Virus record (IMG/VR): IMGVR_UViG_3300031418_000005
Span: 1 to 64,000 of that record
DNA: 64,000 nt
Direction: 5' to 3' (one strand)
Origin: a virus
The notes under the pieces were generated by a model. The model was not told the DNA's origin. It did not search any database and saw nothing but the letters and a program-made list of their open reading frames with translations. The position numbers and the translations under genes are program-made. Below, one piece after another: positions 57,121 to 64,000 of this stretch. Each line of letters starts with the position of its first letter. Positions within the stretch are counted from its first letter, which is position 1.

Positions 57121-60077
57121 TGAGCTCAAGCACTTATAAAACGATGGCCGAGAACATGCTGCTGCTGGCCCACAACCCCGCAGCCATGCAGTCCATCCAG
57201 CTAAACCATTTGCAGGACGTCGAAGATGCCGACGGAGAAATCCTGCTGCGCGACCCTACTGACCCGGTGGTGTATCTGGCTGAGATGGGTACGATGATGG
57301 GCCACACCACCATCATGGGTTCGCGTGAAACCGTACCGAAAACCTTTGCCAGTATGGCACAGACGTACGACGATTTGTTCCGTCACATGTCGGATGTCGA
57401 TTACGTAGACGTGTTTGCCGTGCCGGGTACCACCGAGCTGTTGTTGCTGTTGGACGTGGACTCTATTCTGTCGAAAGCCTGGCCTTTGAACGTGGCAGGC
57501 ATTCGTAAGGTGGTAATTCCGCGCGATACCGAATTCACGGTGTCTGGTTACACCTTTGCGATTCAGTACCCGATTGAGATTCGTGTGTTGCCGTACGGTA
57601 CTAACGAGTCTCCGGCGTTCCAGGTACTCTGGATTACCGATACACAGTCACCGATTTCTCCGGTCTCCACCAATGCCCTGGACTGGGAGTTAACCAGCAC
57701 CAACACCACAACCTCGCAACTGCTGGCTATCCATTTACCGGTCATGCAGTATGCGGTGAAAGCGGAGTCGGATACGGTGGAAGGGCAGAACACCTTCGTC
57801 ATGACCCGTGCGTACACCAACAAGTTCTTCTACGTGCGGGTGTGGGTGAAAAAGCTCAACAGCAACGTCTGGGAAGAAATCAGTCATACGCACAGCCGTG
57901 ACGTGTATGACCCGAATACCCCGACCGCGCTGATTCAAGTCGGGGCGTCGAATATCCGCTGTACCATCCCGTCTATTTACATGGCGAAGAATTTGGTCAG
58001 CGGTGAAATCCGTATGGACGTCTACACCACCCTGGGGCCAATCAGTATCGACGTCTCGGCCTATCCGGCTGACGAGTACAAATTCGCGCTGCGCGACTTG
58101 AACAGCGAGTACGATGCGAGTTACGTCAACCCGATTAAGTCGTTCTCGATTAAGATGCTGGCTGCTTCGGCCGGACGCATGGCCACTGGCGGTCGTGGGC
58201 AACTGTCGTTCGATGACCTGCGTAATCGTGTGGTTAACAACGCAGTGGGTGCCCGTCGTCTACCGGTGACGGAAAAGCAACTGGAAGCCACGGTGTCGGA
58301 TTACGGCCTCACGCTCTCCAAGCCGAATGACTACGTAACCGGCCGTACTTACTTCCTGACCGCACCGATGCTGGACTCAACCATCTCCAAAGTCAGTACA
58401 CCGATTGGGACGATTACTGCACCACTGTACTTCTCCTGGGATGAATTGGTGGCACTGTCAACTGTGAAGGTGAACGGTAACCGTTTGACCATCAGCCCGG
58501 ATACGCTGTACCGCTTTACCGATACCAGTCTGTCGATTGATGCGCAGATGACGGAGTTGGCGAAAACGATGCGTAAAGAAGACCTGGTGAATGCCGGGAA
58601 CGCTTCACGTTATCTGTTCACCCCGTTCTATTACGTGGTGGACATCAACAACAAAGCCATTGACGTGCGTATCTATCAGCTGGATAAACCACAGCTCAGT
58701 TCCAAGCGTTTCATTACCACCAACGTCACCACCGAACTTAGCGTGGTAACGGCGGACTACACCATCAGCAAAACCGATGCTGGTTATGTGCTGCGTACCG
58801 TGACCAAATCCGAGCCACCGTATCAGGCGCTCGGGGATGACCAGGTATTTGCCCAGATTTCCTTCACGCCACGTAACAGTGATGGAACCCTGGCGTATAT
58901 CAACGGGACACTGGTAGGCAAGCAAGGAAGTGAGCGTGTGTGGGAATTCCTGCTGGAAAGTAACCTCGACGTTGACCGTAACGACGAACTGGTACTGACC
59001 AACACCCGCATGACCAGCGAGAACCCGGTGGATACGCCGGTGGGGCTGTTAACCGAGTTCAATGTGTTCTACGGTTGCTCCGGGTACTATCCGGGCAATT
59101 ATGAGCGCTACGAGATGGACACACTGATTACCCCACCGACGCGGGATGCGATTGGGATTACCCATGAGATTTTCAAAATCGAACTGGGGAAAGCGCTGAC
59201 CTACTACTGGCGTAAAGCGCGAGCTGTGACCGATACCATCAACTACGAGTATTACCAGGAAGACGTACTGGCGACCTGGAAAGTGGATGTTATCGACCGT
59301 GACGAAGAAGGGGTACCGAAGTACACCTATGACCCTGCTGCTACACCGCCGCTCCAGGTCGTGTATAAGCATCGGAAAGGTGACCCGGTTATCAACGAAG
59401 AGACGGGCCAGCAAGAAATCGAGCACGAGAAGAACAGTCTGGTGCGCGATGAAAGCGGGAACCCGGTGATTGCCAAACCGCGCAGCATTAAGTTCCGCAG
59501 CGAGATGGCAGTCTTTGATGCCCGTTACAAGTTTGCTACCACCCAGGCCGCCAAAGAGTATCTGGCCTCTGTGGTGGATGATTTGGTGAACTATGTGACC
59601 GGCACCCTTCCGGCGTTGAAACCGATTCTGCTGGAACGCACAGACGGCTTCTTTGTGCCTATCACCACGATGGGGTACATCGATTGCCGTACTGAGGATG
59701 GGGTGGTCACACCGATTCCGGCAGAGAACCAATTCACAGTCAAGTATTACCTGACTGCGGCCAACCGTAACAACACCGACTTGCTGGCACAAATTCGTAA
59801 GAAGACGTCACAAGTGATTAACGATTACTTAGCAGCGAGCTTAACCATCTCTGCAACGGAAATCGGAAACCTGTTGAAAACGGCACTGGAGGGTTCGGTG
59901 ATTGGGGTGGAGTTAGACAACATGGGGCCAGACAAAGACATGCGTCTGTTTACCGTGGTGTCAGAAGCCTCACGCGCCACCATCGGTAAGAAACTGGATG
60001 TAGAAGCAAATGGGGATATCGGTCTGAAAGACGACATTGTCATCTCCTACAACCGTCACGACACGACAAAAGAATAA
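57120..60077 (+). CDS. Baseplate wedge protein (phiKZ gp87-like; T4 gp6/J-like)
   Basis: 985 aa; LFRHMSD.DY..FA.P, IPRDT.F, DVYTTLG, TGGR..LSFDDLRNRV. Confidence 0.8.
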   Translation: MSSSTYKTMAENMLLLAHNPAAMQSIQLNHLQDVEDADGEILLRDPTDPVVYLAEMGTMMGHTTIMGSRETVPKTFASMAQTYDDLFRHMSDVDYVDVFAVPGTTELLLLLDVDSILSKAWPLNVAGIRKVVIPRDTEFTVSGYTFAIQYPIEIRVLPYGTNESPAFQVLWITDTQSPISPVSTNALDWELTSTNTTTSQLLAIHLPVMQYAVKAESDTVEGQNTFVMTRAYTNKFFYVRVWVKKLNSNVWEEISHTHSRDVYDPNTPTALIQVGASNIRCTIPSIYMAKNLVSGEIRMDVYTTLGPISIDVSAYPADEYKFALRDLNSEYDASYVNPIKSFSIKMLAASAGRMATGGRGQLSFDDLRNRVVNNAVGARRLPVTEKQLEATVSDYGLTLSKPNDYVTGRTYFLTAPMLDSTISKVSTPIGTITAPLYFSWDELVALSTVKVNGNRLTISPDTLYRFTDTSLSIDAQMTELAKTMRKEDLVNAGNASRYLFTPFYYVVDINNKAIDVRIYQLDKPQLSSKRFITTNVTTELSVVTADYTISKTDAGYVLRTVTKSEPPYQALGDDQVFAQISFTPRNSDGTLAYINGTLVGKQGSERVWEFLLESNLDVDRNDELVLTNTRMTSENPVDTPVGLLTEFNVFYGCSGYYPGNYERYEMDTLITPPTRDAIGITHEIFKIELGKALTYYWRKARAVTDTINYEYYQEDVLATWKVDVIDRDEEGVPKYTYDPAATPPLQVVYKHRKGDPVINEETGQQEIEHEKNSLVRDESGNPVIAKPRSIKFRSEMAVFDARYKFATTQAAKEYLASVVDDLVNYVTGTLPALKPILLERTDGFFVPITTMGYIDCRTEDGVVTPIPAENQFTVKYYLTAANRNNTDLLAQIRKKTSQVINDYLAASLTISATEIGNLLKTALEGSVIGVELDNMGPDKDMRLFTVVSEASRATIGKKLDVEANGDIGLKDDIVISYNRHDTTKE

Positions 60078-60120
60078 AAAAGAACTACCTACTCCCCAGG
60101 GAGTAGGTAGCCTTTATTTT
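60076..60120. terminator. Bidirectional terminator
   Basis: ctacctactccc/gggagtaggtag between convergent genes. Confidence 0.9.
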
Positions 60121-61819
60121 AATCGTCGGAATCGGCGGTTTGGCGATTGCCCTTCACCAGCGGATTCAGCTTCGAGCGTTGCAGCACAATCTGCAGTGAC
60201 GCAACCCCTTCGCACAGACGCTTGACCAGTGTCAGGTTAGCTTTCAGCGCATCGAAGAAATCCCCGTCACCGTCCATGTACGTCATCGACAGCTCACGCC
60301 CATTGGTGCGCAGGCCATTCGGATTACGTTTCAGTTCGGTCGTCACGAGGTCAGAGATGTATTTGATGAAACCACCATCACTGTTCTTCAGTTGCTTCTG
60401 CCAAGCTTCCACTTCCTTGATGGTCTGCTCAACCGCTTTGTTCAGCGTGCTGTACTTGTTGAGGTTGGTGTCGTACGTGTTGGTGGTAAAGCCGGTCTTC
60501 CCGAGGGAAACCACCACCGCCAACAGCTCACGCTCATCACCCACTGACAGGTTCAGCTTCTGACGCATCTCTTCGAGACAAGACGCATTCAGGTACGCAG
60601 ACGCGGTCGCGACGGCAACCTTACGCTGACTGCCGAGATTGTCGTAGATGTTGTAGCCAACCAAGTCACGCTCCTGGTCGGGCTTAATAGCCACCACCGG
60701 GAAGGAAGCAGAATTGAAGCCACGGCCAGCACCATCGGAAATAGAACTGGAGATGGTACCGTTCAGGGTTTGCAGTGCCTGCCCAAACAGCGTGCCGATA
60801 TCGTCCAGCCCCTGACCCTTCGCCCCTTTCTCATACGCCTGTTGTATTGACGGATCAGAAAGCGCGTGGAACACCTTTTGCAGGTTGGCGAAGTAACCGG
60901 TGAGTTCACCAATCACATTGCTGGCCTGTTTGTAGTTCAGGTCGTTGGGCAGTTTCACCCCGGCTTTACGCACGGTAGGCGGTAATCCCTGGAACGCTTT
61001 CTCTGCGGCCTGATGCGGATACACACCGGATGTCACGTTCAGCTGCAGCAGGGTATCCAGAAGGTCGTGAATCACGCTCTGCTGGCTCTGGCGACGGTCA
61101 GTGTAGCCTTTGAACAGTTTAGTGAACGGAGAGCCTTTCTGCGCGTTAGCCAACGCATTGAGGTACTCTTCTGCTTTCATGTTCGACAACACTTCATCCG
61201 CCAGCGTCACTGACAGGTTCAGGTTCTCCAACGCACGACCTTTCAGCCCTTTGGCGGCTTCCATGTATGCGTCTTTGATAACCGTGATGTTCAGCTGGTC
61301 AAGTACCGTGGTGCCGTCAACCTGGAAGCTTTCCACTTTCCCGTCGACTTTCTCTTTGTACTCACCACCATCCGCACCTGCATCACCGGCAAAGCCTGAT
61401 CCCTTCTCCATAATCCAGCCTAGGATTTTAATCAGGGAGGACAGCGCCAGGATAATCAGGCCAATCTTACCGGCGTTAGCCCAGGACTCCAGTGCAACCA
61501 CGGTTTCCTTCTGGCCGGTCTTTGTAAAGTTCGACGTCAGGATAGAGCGCGTAACCGGAGAGATTGTCCCCGGACGGGTTGACTCCACTGCGACTGCCAA
61601 GTCACGAGACAGGCCCGAACGACGGACCTCGTGCAAGATGGCTTCGATTTGCATCAGCAGGCGTGAACCGTAAATCAGATCGGCTTCGTTGCGCTGCATG
61701 TAGAGAGTGAGCTGGCTTACTGAAGATACACGCTCCTCAAGACGGGAGCGTACGACGTCACCGATTTCCCCGAGTTGCCATTGGGGGTCGATGTTGTTTC
61801 CCGTCATTTCCATACTCAT
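60119..61819 (-). CDS. Internal head protein (AxE-processed)
   Basis: AVES and VALES sites followed by the hydrophobic segment IGLIILALSSLIKILGWIM. Confidence 0.7.
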   Translation of the reverse strand: MSMEMTGNNIDPQWQLGEIGDVVRSRLEERVSSVSQLTLYMQRNEADLIYGSRLLMQIEAILHEVRRSGLSRDLAVAVESTRPGTISPVTRSILTSNFTKTGQKETVVALESWANAGKIGLIILALSSLIKILGWIMEKGSGFAGDAGADGGEYKEKVDGKVESFQVDGTTVLDQLNITVIKDAYMEAAKGLKGRALENLNLSVTLADEVLSNMKAEEYLNALANAQKGSPFTKLFKGYTDRRQSQQSVIHDLLDTLLQLNVTSGVYPHQAAEKAFQGLPPTVRKAGVKLPNDLNYKQASNVIGELTGYFANLQKVFHALSDPSIQQAYEKGAKGQGLDDIGTLFGQALQTLNGTISSSISDGAGRGFNSASFPVVAIKPDQERDLVGYNIYDNLGSQRKVAVATASAYLNASCLEEMRQKLNLSVGDERELLAVVVSLGKTGFTTNTYDTNLNKYSTLNKAVEQTIKEVEAWQKQLKNSDGGFIKYISDLVTTELKRNPNGLRTNGRELSMTYMDGDGDFFDALKANLTLVKRLCEGVASLQIVLQRSKLNPLVKGNRQTADSDD

Positions 61820-62259
61820 GAAATCTGACCTCGCGTTTCGGCGATGTAGAAGTTAACCGCTTCGGTGAAGCGTTCAATCCACAGGCCCACAGTTTCCCAC
61901 ACGTCTTCGCCGATCGCATCTGCAAAGATTTGTTTGATGGAGAAGGTCTCCAGCGCGAAACGCCCACCCCAGACCTGGGCATAGCGGTTACAGAACAGGC
62001 CCACGGTCAGGTCTTCGATAGTGCCGAGGTCAACGCAGTACAGCTCGTTCACATCGGAAACGATATCGCGCATGATGGGGCGCAGTTTGATGTTAACCAC
62101 CTCCGACGCACCCATCGGGCCGTTGTTCGGCAGGTCAGCAGCATATGCCAGAGAGAACGCTACCAGGCCCGTCAGTGCACGCTGTGCCTGCACGCCTTTG
62201 CCTTCGTTGGTGCGTTTAAAATCGAGAACTAACGAGTTCAAGGAGACTTTGTGAGTCAT
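61816..62259 (-). CDS. Putative head protein
   Basis: 147 aa in the head cluster. Confidence 0.65.
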   Translation of the reverse strand: MTHKVSLNSLVLDFKRTNEGKGVQAQRALTGLVAFSLAYAADLPNNGPMGASEVVNIKLRPIMRDIVSDVNELYCVDLGTIEDLTVGLFCNRYAQVWGGRFALETFSIKQIFADAIGEDVWETVGLWIERFTEAVNFYIAETRGQIS

Positions 62260-62276
62260 GACAATACCCTTTTAGT

Positions 62277-63626
62277 TTAGCTGGCCAGGTTGCTGAGTTT
62301 CGCTGAGGCCACACGCAAATCGTTGGAGAGGTAACGTTCCAGTGAACGTTGGTAATCGACCGCTTTACGCTCACGACGTCCAGCCGGGGTCAACGTGCTC
62401 ATCAGGAAGGAATAGATGTTGTCTTTGTCCTTCACCGTTTTAAGCAGATTGTCCACCGCAGCAATCCCGTCGAGGATACGCTTACGCTGTTCGTTCGCCG
62501 CTTTGGTGTTTTTGTCTTTCAGAACGGTGAGTTCTTCCACCAGGTTACGACGCATCGATTCAAAACGTTCCTGCGGCGGATCGTAGATGGTGTTTTCCGG
62601 GTCGTTAATCACCAGACCGAACAACAGGGTGATAGAACCAAACAGCATCCCAATCGGTGAAGCAAACGACACGATGAGATACGCCACCTCCAGCATCTCG
62701 AGTGTCAGGTGCACGCCGTAGTTCATGTACGAGCGGTTACGGAACAGATAGAAGCGGTCGGTTTCCATCTTGTACAGCGCAGATGCCAAATACGGTGCCG
62801 CACCGAAGCGAGCAGCGAAGTCATCGGCTGCACGTTCCCAGGTACGGTTCGCAAACCCTTGCCCACCGGTGACAAACGGACGGTCGAGTAACGTCTGGGT
62901 CACCAGGTGCATGTAGATGTTCTCTTTCTTGAACTCTTTGCAAATGGTTTCCGGTTCGTTCACTTTGGTGTCCAGAATGCGTTCAACATCCTTGACAATC
63001 TTCAGACGCACAACCGGGTCTTCGGTTTCCATCATACGGTTTGCAGCCGCATCGGCTAACAGGTTCGTAATCAGGGTGCGCATCAGGGTACGGAAATAGT
63101 AGTAGACGTGACCCACCTCATGGAGAATCACCGACGCCACTTCTAAGTCCGACAGTTCTAAAGACGTCAGCATTTTCGGCGTCACGTAAAGTGGGGACGG
63201 CACTTTACTGATGTCACCGGAGATTTTGGCGTTGGCATCGTCGAACTCGCCATTCAGCTCATTCTCTTTGATGAACTTGCTGTAGACGTCCAGGTCTTTG
63301 TTGCCCTGGTAGTAAATACGATGCAGGCTGCTGACAATCGGGCTGTTCGCATCGAGCTTCGGCGGTTCTACCCCGGCGAAGACCGCGTCCACGACGCCCA
63401 GTTCAGCGCCGTTACGAAACAGGATAGTCAGACCATTGGTTTTCAGAACCCAGGCAGCCACACCAGAACTATCATATCCCGCCGGAGAGAAGTCCCCCGC
63501 CGCGCGGAATTTACCAACTATATCCGCCAACTCGGCGAGTTTCTTTTTATCCTGGAAACGGATAGATTCAGCAGCGACGAATTTCGCGTCAGCCACTGTT
63601 CGAATGTGTCTTTGCCAGTGTCCCAT
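62277..63626 (-). CDS. Putative virion protein with M48-like Zn-metallopeptidase domain and TM segment
   Basis: LSDLEVASVILHEVGH, ERAADDFAARFG..YLASALYK; N-terminal AAES. Confidence 0.75.
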   Translation of the reverse strand: MGHWQRHIRTVADAKFVAAESIRFQDKKKLAELADIVGKFRAAGDFSPAGYDSSGVAAWVLKTNGLTILFRNGAELGVVDAVFAGVEPPKLDANSPIVSSLHRIYYQGNKDLDVYSKFIKENELNGEFDDANAKISGDISKVPSPLYVTPKMLTSLELSDLEVASVILHEVGHVYYYFRTLMRTLITNLLADAAANRMMETEDPVVRLKIVKDVERILDTKVNEPETICKEFKKENIYMHLVTQTLLDRPFVTGGQGFANRTWERAADDFAARFGAAPYLASALYKMETDRFYLFRNRSYMNYGVHLTLEMLEVAYLIVSFASPIGMLFGSITLLFGLVINDPENTIYDPPQERFESMRRNLVEELTVLKDKNTKAANEQRKRILDGIAAVDNLLKTVKDKDNIYSFLMSTLTPAGRRERKAVDYQRSLERYLSNDLRVASAKLSNLAS

Positions 63627-63698
63627 TTGACGTTCCTTAATAGAAAATTACGCTACCCGCAAATCAATATAGCAGCCACCAGATTTGAGAGTGAAGCC

Positions 63699-64000
63699 AT
63701 GATCAACAACTATTTTGCACCCGAGGACGTAATCGCTAAAGAGTGCAAGCATGTCGCTTATGCGACAGACGATGATAAGCAAAACGACTTTGTCCTCGTA
63801 AAAGAGGTCATCCATACTAAAGATGGCAGGCTGATTCCACGGGTCTTCGGACGTGAGAACTTAAAGCGTCCCATCTACATAACGCAGCCTAATCACCGTA
63901 ACCATCAAGAGAAAAAAGAATACGAAGAACGGTCTAAGACGCAAGAGTTTATGACCACCGATGTCAAAATGGCGATGGCCATTCAGGCCGGTTTAGGGGT
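63699..64000 (+). CDS. Partial DNA polymerase subunit (phiKZ gp82-like), 5' end
   Basis: MINNYFAPEDVIAKECKHVAY..D..LVKE.IH..DG..IP.....N.KRP.YIT...RNH.EKKEYE; position next to the head cluster. Confidence 0.7.
   Translation, partial: MINNYFAPEDVIAKECKHVAYATDDDKQNDFVLVKEVIHTKDGRLIPRVFGRENLKRPIYITQPNHRNHQEKKEYEERSKTQEFMTTDVKMAMAIQAGLG

Noticed and set aside
1-64000. tRNA genes or stop-codon reassignment
   Set aside because: No cloverleaf recognised in intergenic gaps by eye (tRNAscan not run); genes tile densely under the standard code using all three stops

Overview
A 64-kb segment of a phiKZ-related jumbo phage genome (Chimalliviridae-like, gene order resembling the SPN3US/Erwinia-phage group; probable enterobacterial host). 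Most genes lie on the minus strand. The left ~20 kb is an accessory region. It holds QueC-like PP-loop, DUF488-like, TYW3-like, four GNAT-like, SLOG/DprA-like, Dam, thymidylate kinase, XRE-HTH and small membrane/secreted genes, plus an apparently catalytically dead copy of the prohead protease. The right ~44 kb is the conserved core: RuvC-like resolvase, baseplate/tail proteins, portal, a non-virion RNA polymerase beta fragment, major capsid protein, DnaB, DHFR, AxE-processed inner-head proteins, a baseplate wedge and the start of a DNA polymerase subunit. The non-coding DNA is highly structured. It contains six TATATTAC-type early promoters, about 20 hairpin terminators (mostly cUUCGg loops) and at least 7 exact plus several variant copies of a fixed-spacing TTT(AC)-N15-TATG promoter-like element. 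It also contains a TCGACYATKA leader motif just upstream of five Shine-Dalgarno sites and two copies of a 10-bp-phased element. No tRNA, CRISPR array, intron or intein was recognised. Assignments to phiKZ/SPN3US gene numbers come from recalled motifs and synteny, not database searches.
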